Shown: one piece after another, positions 51,910 to 61,465 of the stretch
Position numbering within the stretch: position 1 is the first letter of the stretch
How the letters are laid out: every line of letters begins with the position of its first letter
Source: an uncultured delta proteobacterium
Lineage (GTDB): Bacteria; Desulfobacterota; Binatia; Binatales; Binataceae
Direction: 5' to 3'
Assembly (NCBI GenBank): GCA_963724765.1
Contig: CAVRVY010000002.1
Location: 160,001 to 224,000 of the forward strand
DNA length: 64,000 bases
Translations under genes and position numbers: made by a program
The notes under the pieces: model-generated
What the model saw: only the letters and a program-made list of their open reading frames with translations
The model's database searches: none
What the model was told of the DNA's origin: nothing

Positions 51910-52308
51910 CTAACCGACCCGGCCCAGGATGACGCCGGCCACGAGCCCGATCAGAACATAGGCGGTCAAGGCGACGTAAATTCCATCGCGTTCCTTGACG
52001 AAGAGCAGGAAGCAGAACGCCACGCGCGCGAGCGGCACCAGCGTCAGCACCATCAGGCCGAGCGTCATTGTCTGGCGCGGTTCTCCCCTCAGCGAGGCCG
52101 ACACGAGTGCAGCCACGCTCTCGCGATTTTGCAAGTGTCCGATTTTCTGCAAACTATGGAAGCGCGCGACGTAGTAGCCGGGGTTCTGCCACGCCATGCT
52201 GAGCAGGCCGGCGACCAGCAGTGCGATCGCACCCACCAGGATGGTGCGCAGGATGACCGGGGTCCAGACTCGCAGAATTCGTTCTTCGTCGGCGGTCGAA
52301 TCGTTCAT
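51910..52308 (-). CDS. DUF1634 family membrane protein
   Basis: LGLMVLTLVPLARV...ERD; directly follows the TauE gene (typical pair). Confidence 0.85.
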   Translation of the reverse strand: MNDSTADEERILRVWTPVILRTILVGAIALLVAGLLSMAWQNPGYYVARFHSLQKIGHLQNRESVAALVSASLRGEPRQTMTLGLMVLTLVPLARVAFCFLLFVKERDGIYVALTAYVLIGLVAGVILGRVG

Positions 52309-53136
52309 CTAGAATCCACTCAGCGCGCGCCATCCCATCTCGGCGGCGATCAGCAGCAGTATTACCACGAACAGATTACGCAGCGCCTGCACGTTGACGT
52401 GCGGCAGCACGCGGCTGCCAACGAGCGCTCCGGCCGTGACTCCCAGCGCGACCGGCGCCGCGATCACCGTGGCCACGTCGCCGCGGGCCAGGAAAACCAG
52501 CGCGCCCGCGCCTGCGGTTACGCCGATCATGAAATTGCTGGTCGCGCTCGAGACCTTCAGCGGCAGATGCATCACGTAGTCCATCGCCATCACCTTGAGC
52601 GCTCCCGAGCCGATTCCGAGCAGTCCCGACATCAGACCTGCCACCACCATCAGGGCCGCACCGCCCGGCACGTTGACGACGCCGTATTCGATTTCCTGGT
52701 CGCCGCTCTCGGCCGGTACCCGGCCTCCTAACTTCAAGCGCGCTGCGAGCGCGTCGCTCTGCGGCACGATCGAATCGCCGCTCTTGGTCACCGTGAAGTA
52801 GGCTGACTGGAGCATCATCAGCGCGAACAGCAGTTCCAGCACCCACGTTGGGACGACCCCGGCCAGATAGGCACCGGTCACCGCGCCGGTTACGGTGGCG
52901 CACTCCAAGGCCATCGCCACGCGCAGATTGGTCCAGCCGTCGCGCACGAAGGCGACGCTGGCGCCGGCGCTGGTCGCGACGACCGAAATCATGCTCGCGC
53001 CGACTGCGGTCCCCATCGGAACGTGCGCGAAGATCAGCAATCCGGGCACGATGAAGACTCCGCCGCCCAAGCCCGAGAGCGCGCCGATAAAGCCCGCGCC
53101 CGCGGCGAGCGCCAGAAGCCCTAGCATGATGAACAT
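52309..53136 (-). CDS. Sulfite exporter TauE/SafE family
   Basis: GLGGGVFIVP, SGLLGIGSGALKV, SATSNFMIGVT. Confidence 0.92.
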   Translation of the reverse strand: MFIMLGLLALAAGAGFIGALSGLGGGVFIVPGLLIFAHVPMGTAVGASMISVVATSAGASVAFVRDGWTNLRVAMALECATVTGAVTGAYLAGVVPTWVLELLFALMMLQSAYFTVTKSGDSIVPQSDALAARLKLGGRVPAESGDQEIEYGVVNVPGGAALMVVAGLMSGLLGIGSGALKVMAMDYVMHLPLKVSSATSNFMIGVTAGAGALVFLARGDVATVIAAPVALGVTAGALVGSRVLPHVNVQALRNLFVVILLLIAAEMGWRALSGF

Positions 53137-53336
53137 CAGCCGCTCCCCCCTCTCAACTCCGCGCCCTCAGAATACGCGTAAGTCGAGGCGCGGCGAATCG
53201 GCGCGAAGCGGCAGCCGGCCGAGTTCCATCGTGGCGATGATTCGCGCCCCGGCGAGGCCCAAGCGCGCCGAGCGCGAAACTGTATTGGGATCGCGGAGCG
53301 CGAAACTGAATCCGGATCGCGCAGCAGGACACCGTG

Positions 53337-54143
53337 TCAGAACTGGCGCGAGGGGTGAAGTTCGAGGGCGAGACGCGGATTGGCACGCAACCCGCGTTCC
53401 ATTTCGTCGGTTATCTCACGCACCGCCTGCAGCGGCTCGCTGGAGCGCCAGATGGGGTTGCTGACGATCAGGTAGTCGGCGCCGGCGCGCACCGCTTCGG
53501 CCGCGCCGAAGGGATATTCGCTTGCCTCCCATCCGCGGCTGCGGCCCATCCCCGAGCTGATTACCGTAAAGCGCCGGCCGCAGGCCGCGCGCACTCGCGC
53601 GGTTTCATGCGGCGAGGTCAGCACGCCGTCGAGCGCGGCGTCGGCTGCCAGCTTGGCCATCTGCAAGACCCGCCGCGGGGCCCATCCGGCCTCCGCGACC
53701 GATGGCGCGGGATGCTTGCGGCTGAGCGCCGCGAGCATCGCGACCGCGATGATCTGCGGGCGGCGCAGTCCCTCGGCACGGCATATCCGGGTCACTTCGC
53801 CGCGCACCCGGTCCATCATCTCGAAGCTGCCATGGGGATAGAGGTCGAACATGCGCACACCGAGGCGGGTTGCCTCGATGGCCGCCTTGCAAACGGCGGG
53901 TGCGCTGTCATGAAACTTCAGGTCGAGGAAGACTTCACCGCCGCGGCGGCGAATCTCGCGCACGAAGTCGGGACCGCAGTTGAGGTAGAGCGGCTTGCCG
54001 ACCTTGAACATGCCGACCACGCGGGCCAACTCGTCGACCAGCCGCAGCGCCTCGACCGGCGTTCCCAGGTCGAGCGACACAATCAGCCGCTCGCGCAGCG
54101 CGCCATGCCGGATCAGGCTTGAAAATGGCCAGTACTGGGTCAT
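53337..54143 (-). CDS. Divergent OMP decarboxylase (PyrF)-fold protein
   Basis: LIVSLD, FKVG, FLDLKFHD, GADYLIV retained; substrate-binding motifs altered (see findings). Confidence 0.8.
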   Translation of the reverse strand: MTQYWPFSSLIRHGALRERLIVSLDLGTPVEALRLVDELARVVGMFKVGKPLYLNCGPDFVREIRRRGGEVFLDLKFHDSAPAVCKAAIEATRLGVRMFDLYPHGSFEMMDRVRGEVTRICRAEGLRRPQIIAVAMLAALSRKHPAPSVAEAGWAPRRVLQMAKLAADAALDGVLTSPHETARVRAACGRRFTVISSGMGRSRGWEASEYPFGAAEAVRAGADYLIVSNPIWRSSEPLQAVREITDEMERGLRANPRLALELHPSRQF

Positions 54144-54361
54144 CGCCCCGTCCCGCTCAAGGAACCGTGATCGTGCAGGCGGCATATCGAGCCACCCGGC
54201 ATCCATTCCCGATATTCAACCCGATATCCATCCAATGATGCCAACGCGAGACGATGTCAAGGCGCGCATCGCAGATCGATCGGGGCGCCGATGCGCATCG
54301 ATACCGTGGCGCGTGCCTCCAGCACGCGACTGCTTGACCAGGGCCGCGCCCACCCCCGCGT

Positions 54362-55525
54362 TCAGCCGAGCCATCGTGTCAAGATCAGGCCGACCATCCC
54401 GGCCGCGAAAATCAGCCACGCTGAGTTCACCCGCGAGTAAATCAACAGTGCAACGCTGGTTGCCGCTATTGCTACGGTCGCAACGTCTATCAGCGCGGCC
54501 CCGCTGAGCTGTAGTGTCACGACGGCCAGCAGCGCGAGCGCGCCAACATTGACGCCATCGAGAAAGGCTCCGGCGATCATCGAGCGCCGGATGCGCGGAA
54601 TCAGCGGACGGCTGCCGGCGACGAAAATAAAGCCGGGGACGAAAATCGCTATCGTCGCGACCACTGCGCCGGTCGTGCCGCCCAGCAGGTAGCCAATAAA
54701 AGTCGCGGTGGTGAATACTGGCCCGGGCGTGACCTGGCCGACCGCGACCGCGTCGAGCAATTGCGACTGCGTAATCCAGTGCAGGCGATCCACGAGGTCC
54801 GTCTGAAGGAACGCGAGCAGCACGTAACCGCTCCCGTAAAGCACCGCGCCGACCTTGAGGAAGAAGAGAAAAAGCCCGAGCAGGCTGAAAGGTATGATCG
54901 CCACTGCCGCGCCTGCGTTCTTGAGCATCGCCACGATGCCCGGCCATCCGGGCATCGCGATCGCGGCAAGCGTCCCAGAGCGGCGCCGTCGTTCGATCCA
55001 TTCTGTCGCGGCTGTAATGACGCCCGCGCCGAAAAGTGTTGTCAGCGGGCCGGCACCAAGCATCGTTGCCAGGACAGCAATCGAACCGACAAGCGCGAGA
55101 AATCCGCTCTTGACCGCGACGGGAACGAGCCGCCAAAGCGCCTGCAGTATGATGGCGACGATGACCGGCTTGATCCCGTGCATGATTCCCTGGAACTGAG
55201 GCAGCGATCCAAAACGCACGTAGGCCCACGCCGCGGCCATCACGATAAGCATCGCCGGAATGATGAAGCATACGCCGCCCACCACCAGTCCCTTCCAGCC
55301 GGCACGCTGATGGCCGATATGAATCGCCATCTCGGTGGAGTTCGGTCCCGGGATCAGATTGGTCGCGCCGAGCATGTCGAGAAACTCTTCGTGCGAGAGC
55401 CATCCGCGCCGGCGCACGAATTCCTCTTCCATCATCGCGATGTGAGCCGCGGGCCCGCCGAACGCGGTGGTGCCGAGGCGCAAAAACGAAACCGCAATCT
55501 CCCGTAACGTCTGTGACTTGGCCAT
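54362..55525 (-). CDS. chrA: Chromate efflux transporter (long-chain CHR); ORF stays open in frame to ATG 55783
   Basis: FLRLGTTAFGGPAAH, IPGPNSTE, YGSGYVL, GQVTPGP. Confidence 0.95.
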   Translation of the reverse strand: MAKSQTLREIAVSFLRLGTTAFGGPAAHIAMMEEEFVRRRGWLSHEEFLDMLGATNLIPGPNSTEMAIHIGHQRAGWKGLVVGGVCFIIPAMLIVMAAAWAYVRFGSLPQFQGIMHGIKPVIVAIILQALWRLVPVAVKSGFLALVGSIAVLATMLGAGPLTTLFGAGVITAATEWIERRRRSGTLAAIAMPGWPGIVAMLKNAGAAVAIIPFSLLGLFLFFLKVGAVLYGSGYVLLAFLQTDLVDRLHWITQSQLLDAVAVGQVTPGPVFTTATFIGYLLGGTTGAVVATIAIFVPGFIFVAGSRPLIPRIRRSMIAGAFLDGVNVGALALLAVVTLQLSGAALIDVATVAIAATSVALLIYSRVNSAWLIFAAGMVGLILTRWLG

Positions 55526-55578
55526 CACGCGCGGCCACAGCGATGGATCCTGCTGCGGGGCAATCCGACGGCGCCGGG

Positions 55579-55760
55579 GCCGGCAAAGGCGGCGGCAAAA
55601 AGCGGGACAGCAGCGGTAGCAAAAACGGCGGCAAAAGCGATCGCAATCGCTGCAACAAAAGCGGCAAAAGCGGTGGAAGTAGCGGCAGATATAGCGGCGG
55701 CAAAAGCGGGGGCAATAGCGATAGAAAAAGCGGCCGCAATAGCGGCGGCAAAGGCGAAGA
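55579..55760. repeat. Degenerate 12-nt tandem repeat array (about 14 units, consensus gcggcggcaaaa)
   Basis: Units such as gcggtagcaaaa, acggcggcaaaa, gctgcaacaaaa, gcggcggcaaaa, gcgggggcaata, gcggccgcaata, gcggcggcaaag. Confidence 0.85.
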
Positions 55761-55858
55761 AGAGAAGCGGATCTCGCAGCCATTCAATGCCGCCTCTGGA
55801 GCGCTCCCCGGCTTGCTCGCGGCCTTCTCCCGCGAAACGAGAGCGGGACACTCGACTG

Positions 55859-57145
55859 TTAGCGGCGGAACAGTGTCGATTCGCCGATCGGCAGTCCCAG
55901 CGCGTAGCGTCGCAGCCAGTCCAGTGCGACCTGCGCGGTGAGAATCTTTATCCAGTCGCGGTTGCCGCGTAATTGATAGCGGCGCGCAGCCCGGGTTCCG
56001 TTGCCCACCAGTGCGATGCACACCGTGCCTACCGGATGCTCGGGGGTGCCGCCGTCGGGTCCGGCGACGCCCGAGGTCGCAATTGCGACGTCGGCGCCGG
56101 CGCGCTCGCGCGCCCCGGCCGCCATCTCGAGCACGCATTGCTCGCTCACTGCGCCGTGCTGCTTGAGCGTCTCTTCGCGCACGCCGAGGATGCCGGTCTT
56201 GAGATCGTTGGAGTAGGTCACGAAGTCGCCGATGAAGAACTTCGAGCTGCCTGCAACGTTGGTCAGGCGATGGCCGATGAGGCCGCCGGTGCACGACTCG
56301 GCGACCGCCAGTTTGAAACTACGCCCGGTCAGCAGTCGCGCGACCACCTCTTCCATCGAGGCGTCACCCTCGGCATAGATGAAGTCCGCGACCCGCCCGC
56401 GCACGCGCTCGCTTAGTTCGTCTAGCTTGCGTTCGGCCTCGCCCGGCCTGCCCTCCACCGTCACGCGCAGCGAAATCTGTGGAAAGGCCGCGCGAAACGC
56501 GACGCGCGCCTCCTCGGGCTTGATCAGTCCGGCGACCGCCTCGTCGAGTCCCGACTCACTGATGCCGAAGGTCTGGAAGACGCGGACTGCGTAGATCGTG
56601 TCGCTGCCGCGGTTGCTTCTGAGCCACGGGATAACGCTGTCCTCCATCATCGGTTTCATCTCGCGCGGCACGCCCGGCAGCACGACCAGATGGCAGGTGT
56701 GGCCGTCGGCCTGCGGCACCGCCAGGCGGAAGCCCGGTGCGGTGCCGAGCGGGTTGCGGATGACCTCCGAGGTTTCGGGCAGGTCGGCCTGCTTGAGGTT
56801 GTTCTCGGGCATGATGCGGTTGATCGACGCGAAGATGCGTTTCATGTGGTCGACGCTTTCCTGGTCGCGCACGAGTTTGCGGCCCGTGATGCGCCCCACG
56901 GTCTCGTTGGTCAGGTCGTCGGCGGTCGGCCCGATTCCGCCGGTCGAAACGACCACATCGGCCATCGCCATCGCGGTCTTCCACGCCCACTCCAGGCGCT
57001 CGGGGACGTCGCCCACGGTCAGCACTGCGACGACCTCGATGCCAACTTCGGCGAGCTTGTCGGCGAGGTAGTTGGAATTGGTATCCACTATCCGGCCGGT
57101 GGTGATTTCGTCGCCGGTGGAGAGAATGACCGCCTTTTGAATCAT
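55859..57145 (-). CDS. cinA: Competence/damage-inducible protein A (MoCF-binding domain plus PncC)
   Basis: GDEITTGRIVDTN, GGIGPTADDLT, LPGVPREM, AESCTGG, HGAVS, SGVAGP. Confidence 0.96.
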   Translation of the reverse strand: MIQKAVILSTGDEITTGRIVDTNSNYLADKLAEVGIEVVAVLTVGDVPERLEWAWKTAMAMADVVVSTGGIGPTADDLTNETVGRITGRKLVRDQESVDHMKRIFASINRIMPENNLKQADLPETSEVIRNPLGTAPGFRLAVPQADGHTCHLVVLPGVPREMKPMMEDSVIPWLRSNRGSDTIYAVRVFQTFGISESGLDEAVAGLIKPEEARVAFRAAFPQISLRVTVEGRPGEAERKLDELSERVRGRVADFIYAEGDASMEEVVARLLTGRSFKLAVAESCTGGLIGHRLTNVAGSSKFFIGDFVTYSNDLKTGILGVREETLKQHGAVSEQCVLEMAAGARERAGADVAIATSGVAGPDGGTPEHPVGTVCIALVGNGTRAARRYQLRGNRDWIKILTAQVALDWLRRYALGLPIGESTLFRR

Positions 57146-57199
57146 CGATGGCTCCCTTGCCCGCGCGTGCCGGGCTGCTGAAAATGCGCCGCGCGCGCG

Positions 57200-57670
57200 C
57201 TAAAGCGAAACTGCCAGCGCGAGCACGTGCAGCACGAGGTTCGCATATATGGCCGCTACCACATCGTCAAGCATTACCGCGAAGCCACCCTTCATCCGGC
57301 GGTCGACAAGCCCCGCGGGCTCGGGCTTGAGGACGTCGAACAGGCGAAACAGCGCGAAGCCCGCAGCGAACGCCATCCAGCCCGCCGCCGGACAGAGATA
57401 CATCGTTAGCGCCATTCCGACTATTTCATCAATCACGATATGCGAGCTGTCGTGCTGATCGAGCAGCTTCTCGGCGCGCTCCGAAAGCCAGCATCCTACG
57501 GCGAACAGCGCCGCGATAAGCGCGAGTGCGGCGAGTCGCGACCGATGCTCCAGCGGCACCGTGACGGCCCACGCCAACACCAGTCCCACCACCGAGCCGG
57601 CAGTGCCCGGAGCGACCGGCGCGTAGCCGCTATAAAATCCGGTCGCCAGGAAAAGTATCAGCTTGCGCAC
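57200..57670 (-). CDS. pgpA: Phosphatidylglycerophosphatase A
   Basis: APGTAGS, DSSHIVIDEIVG, FRLFDVLKP, VMLDD. Start 57670 or 57688. Confidence 0.95.
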   Translation of the reverse strand: MRKLILFLATGFYSGYAPVAPGTAGSVVGLVLAWAVTVPLEHRSRLAALALIAALFAVGCWLSERAEKLLDQHDSSHIVIDEIVGMALTMYLCPAAGWMAFAAGFALFRLFDVLKPEPAGLVDRRMKGGFAVMLDDVVAAIYANLVLHVLALAVSL

Positions 57671-57699
57671 AATCTGGGACGGTCTCAATCAGGCCGGTC

Positions 57700-58521
57700 T
57701 TAGTCGGGACGGACGGGGATCGGCGTCTCGTCCGCTTCCACAGCCACCGAGCGCACACCCTCGATTTTGCTGGCGACCTGGTTGGCGAGCTCATCCCACG
57801 GCGGCACCAGCCCCGGCCCGCGCACTTGAACAGCGCCCTGGGTGCACAGGACCTCGATCGGCGCGTGCCCAAGCTTGGGGTGCGCATGGCAGGCGGCGCG
57901 CACCTGGGCGGCCGTCGCCGCGTCGCGCATCTGCTGCCATTGCTCGGCGCCGATGCGCGCGTCGATCTGCTCGGCGCATGCAGCAAGCCCCGCGGCGCTG
58001 ATTTCCAGCGGCAACCCATAGCCATTGATCACGATGTCGTAGGATGAGGGGTCATCGATATCGACGCCCATCAGGGTCTGGATGCGCGCGCGCACCTCGC
58101 GGTCGTGGTCGCGCACACGCCGCTGGGCGGCCACCAGGGCGAGATTTTCCATTTCGCCAACCACTTTGGCGCGCTCATCGAAAGGTCCGACGGTGCGGAC
58201 CTTGACGCCGCATCGGTACGGCGGCAAGAAGACCGGCGCTGAGGGGCTGACTGTCACCAGCCGATCTTGCGCCATCTCGCGCAGCAGCGTGGCGCGAAAA
58301 AACGACGCGAAGCGCGCGCCCTCGGTCTTCAGACGCGACCAGAAGTGTGGCTGGCGCTCGTCGAGCACCACCAGTTGATCGGCGGTGACGTTGTAGATGC
58401 GCGAGACCTGCGCGATCAGATCCTCACGGCTCATGAACCTGTAGCCGAGCCGCTTGGCCACAGCCTGGCCGAGGTCGTTGCCACGCGAACCGAGCTGCTG
58501 ACTGATCGCAATTATCGCCAT
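57700..58521 (-). CDS. Cytidylate kinase-like family protein with C-terminal BON-like domain
   Basis: IAISQQLGSRG, DDPSSYDIVIN; C-terminal IEV...GAVQVRG...ASKIEGVRSV BON pattern. Confidence 0.8.
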   Translation of the reverse strand: MAIIAISQQLGSRGNDLGQAVAKRLGYRFMSREDLIAQVSRIYNVTADQLVVLDERQPHFWSRLKTEGARFASFFRATLLREMAQDRLVTVSPSAPVFLPPYRCGVKVRTVGPFDERAKVVGEMENLALVAAQRRVRDHDREVRARIQTLMGVDIDDPSSYDIVINGYGLPLEISAAGLAACAEQIDARIGAEQWQQMRDAATAAQVRAACHAHPKLGHAPIEVLCTQGAVQVRGPGLVPPWDELANQVASKIEGVRSVAVEADETPIPVRPD

Positions 58522-58763
58522 CGGCGGTCTCCCGGGCAGGCGCAAGATTATCGGCGCGTGAAATCAGGTCCCCGGCGCAATCTTAAATGCTCGCCCATGA
58601 CGTGGCAAACCGCGGTGCGATGGCTTTGCGAGGCGTGGGCGGATAGGATTTCTGCGCCCGCACGCGGCGTGCGTCGTCCGTGGCGCGGACTGCAGCGGCG
58701 CTGGCGTGGCGGGCGCGGTGTTCGCTGCCGCTGGCTCACCGCAAGATCGGCACAGGGTTAGCG

Positions 58764-59882
58764 ATGGCTCGACGTAAATTACGAATTGGCGGCGCATCGA
58801 TCGATCCCGCGCCGGTACGCGGCGACATGACCGCCGCCGAACTGATCGATACCGCGTTCCTCGCCTACAATGGGCGGCGCCTGCGCGAGGCCTGCCGGCT
58901 GTTCGCCGAAAAGATGCTCGAGCCCGACGTGTTGGTCGGGATGAGCATCACCGGCGCGCTCACGCCCGCAGGGCTCGGAATGTCTTGTCTCATCCCGCTC
59001 ATCGAAAACGGCTTCGTCGACTGGGCGGTGTCGACCGGCGCCAACCTCTATCACGACACGCACTTCGCTCTGGGCTTGAAGATGTTCCAGGGATCGGCCG
59101 AGGCCGACGACGTGGCGCTGCACCAGGCCGGCGTGGTCAGAATCTACGACATCTTTTTTGACTACCGCGTGCTGCTTTCGACCGATGCCTTCTTTCGCCA
59201 AATCGCGCGGCAGGAGGAGTTCCAGCATCCGATGAGCAGCGCCGAGTTCCATCATCGCGCCGGCCGCTATGTGGCCGAGCGCGAGCGCGTGCTCAAGTTG
59301 CACAGCCGCTCGATGCTGGCGGCGGCGCACAAATGCGCGGTGCCCATTTACACTTCATCGCCCGGCGACTCGTCGATCGGGATGAACCTGGCGCTGCTCG
59401 AGGTCGAGGGCTACGGCCTGCGCCTGGACCCGCTCGCCGACGTCAACGAGACTGCGGCGATTGTTTACGCGGCCAAGGCCGCCGGAATGAAGAGCGCAGT
59501 GTTCATCCTGGGCGGCGGCTCGCCCAAGAATTTTGTTTTGCAGACCGAGCCGCAGATCCAGGAGGTGATGGGCGTGGCGGAGAAAGGCCACGACTATTTT
59601 CTCCAGGTTACCGACGCCCGGCCCGACACCGGCGGCCTGAGCGGCGCGACACCCTCGGAGGCGGTGAGCTGGGGCAAGATCGATCCCAACCGCTTGCCCG
59701 ACTCGGTGGTATGTTACGTCGATTCCACGGTGGCGCTGCCGCTGATCACGGCCTACGCGCTGGCGCGCCGCAAGCCGCGCCGGCTGCGCCGGCTATACGA
59801 CGAACGCGAGGCGATGATGACGCGGCTGCGCACCGCCTACGAGCGCGTGCGCCGCAAGCGCCTGCGCCGCGGCGAGTCCTAG
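58764..59882 (+). CDS. Deoxyhypusine synthase-like protein (probable homospermidine synthase, SpeY-like)
   Basis: [39 protein letters not shown] (catalytic Lys). Confidence 0.9.
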   Translation: MARRKLRIGGASIDPAPVRGDMTAAELIDTAFLAYNGRRLREACRLFAEKMLEPDVLVGMSITGALTPAGLGMSCLIPLIENGFVDWAVSTGANLYHDTHFALGLKMFQGSAEADDVALHQAGVVRIYDIFFDYRVLLSTDAFFRQIARQEEFQHPMSSAEFHHRAGRYVAERERVLKLHSRSMLAAAHKCAVPIYTSSPGDSSIGMNLALLEVEGYGLRLDPLADVNETAAIVYAAKAAGMKSAVFILGGGSPKNFVLQTEPQIQEVMGVAEKGHDYFLQVTDARPDTGGLSGATPSEAVSWGKIDPNRLPDSVVCYVDSTVALPLITAYALARRKPRRLRRLYDEREAMMTRLRTAYERVRRKRLRRGES

Positions 59883-59923
59883 CAAGATGCCGCGGCGGGT
59901 CCTGGCAAGAGGTTGAGAGCGCG

Positions 59924-60778
59924 ATGAAGAAAACGCCGCGCGGCGGCGCGCGCCGCGACCGCTCTGCGGCGCCGCCGCGCACCGCAGGGGCGGGCGGCGA
60001 GCTTGCGCGCGAACTCGAGCACGCGCGCGCAGCCGCTCTGGAAGCCGGCAAAATCCTGCGCCGCCATTTCCGTGACGGTGGTTACGAGGTCGCCTCCAAG
60101 GGTTTCGACAACCCGGTGACCTCGGCCGACCTGGAGGCCGACGCCGCGCTGCGCGAGCATCTCGGCCGCGCCTTTCCCGACTACGGATGGCTTTCCGAGG
60201 AGACCGCCGACAATGCCGCGCGGCTTTCCCGCCGGCGCGTGTGGATCGTCGACCCGCTCGACGGCACCAAGGAATTCATCAAGGGCATCCCCGAGTTCGT
60301 CGTCGCGATCGCGCTCGCCGAAGACGGCGTGCCGGTGCTTGGCGTGACTTACAATCCGATCAAGCGTGAACTGTTCTGGGCCGCGCGCGGCGCCGGATGC
60401 TTTCTTGACGACAGTCCCGTGCACGTGACCGCCGCCGCCGCAATGACCGGCGCCGTGGTACTGGCCAGCCGCAGCGAGACGGCGCGCGGCGAGTGGATCG
60501 CTTATAAGGATACGATCGTCGCCAAGCCGATCGGCAGCGTCGCCTACAAGCTCGCGCTGGTGGCGGCGGGCCGGGCCGACGCGACCTTCACCGCCACCCC
60601 CAAGAGCGAATGGGACATCGCCTCGGGCGCCGCGCTGCTGGCCGAGGCGGGCGGCGTGATGACCGACATCCACGGCCATCCGATCCGCTTCAATCGCAAG
60701 CAGGTCAAGCTCGACGGGTTCGTTGCCGCAGGCCCGGCGCTGCACGCGGCGCTCAGCAAGTTGCTAGTCAGGAAATAG
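59924..60778 (+). CDS. cysQ: 3'(2'),5'-bisphosphate nucleotidase CysQ / inositol monophosphatase family
   Basis: PVTSAD, WLSEE, WIVDPLDGTKEF, EWDIA. Confidence 0.85.
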   Translation: MKKTPRGGARRDRSAAPPRTAGAGGELARELEHARAAALEAGKILRRHFRDGGYEVASKGFDNPVTSADLEADAALREHLGRAFPDYGWLSEETADNAARLSRRRVWIVDPLDGTKEFIKGIPEFVVAIALAEDGVPVLGVTYNPIKRELFWAARGAGCFLDDSPVHVTAAAAMTGAVVLASRSETARGEWIAYKDTIVAKPIGSVAYKLALVAAGRADATFTATPKSEWDIASGAALLAEAGGVMTDIHGHPIRFNRKQVKLDGFVAAGPALHAALSKLLVRK

Positions 60779-61465
60779 CTACAGGGCGGCCGCGTTGGTT
60801 CCTCTGAATCGGCGCACCAGCCGGGGCAGCAGCACGACCGCGGCGAGCAGGCATATCGCGAGTGCGATATTGCGTATCGCGCCGGCGCCGTGTGCGGCCG
60901 CCTCGCGTCCGGCGTAGCCGAGGTAGGTGTAGGCAAACGTCCCCGGCAGCATGCAAATGGCGGAGGCGATCACGTACGCGGCGAGCCTGATGCGCGTGAG
61001 CCCGAGTGCGTAGTTAAGGAGGTTGAACGGGAACAGCGGCACCAGCCGCACGAACGCGACGAAGCGCCATTCTTCGGCCTCGACCCCCTCGACCAGCGCC
61101 TTGAGCCGAGGCCCGGCGCGGCGTGCGACGAAGCCGGCCGCCACGTAGCGCGCGGCCACAAATGCGAGCGTCGCGCCGAGGACTGCGCCGATGAGGTTCC
61201 ACAGCGTGCCCCACAGCGGTCCGAACAGCGCGCCGCCCGCAAGCGTCATCACCGACCCGGGCGCGAACAGCACCGTCGCCGCGGCGTAAAGCGCGATGAA
61301 GGCCGGCGGCGCCCATCGCCCGAGCCCTCGCAGTTCGGCTTCGAGATGGCCGGCGACCAACCAGGAGCGATGAGTCGCGAACCAGGCGATAGCTGCGACG
61401 AGCGCGAGCGCCAGGACCGCGCGCGGCAGTGCTGCGCGCGCCGCGCCGCTAGAGCTTGCGCTCAC
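60779..61465 (-). CDS. TVP38/TMEM64 (VTT/DedA) family membrane protein
   Basis: GGALFG, RLVPLFPFNLLNYALG, MLPG. Confidence 0.93.
   Translation of the reverse strand: MSASSSGAARAALPRAVLALALVAAIAWFATHRSWLVAGHLEAELRGLGRWAPPAFIALYAAATVLFAPGSVMTLAGGALFGPLWGTLWNLIGAVLGATLAFVAARYVAAGFVARRAGPRLKALVEGVEAEEWRFVAFVRLVPLFPFNLLNYALGLTRIRLAAYVIASAICMLPGTFAYTYLGYAGREAAAHGAGAIRNIALAICLLAAVVLLPRLVRRFRGTNAAAL

Noticed and set aside
55579-55760. CRISPR array
   Set aside because: Units are contiguous degenerate 12-mers with no spacers, and there are no cas genes
54216-56294. 692-aa ORF with a Leu/Pro repeat spanning cinA and chrA
   Set aside because: Overlaps two bona fide genes out of frame on the same strand; Arg-rich shadow composition
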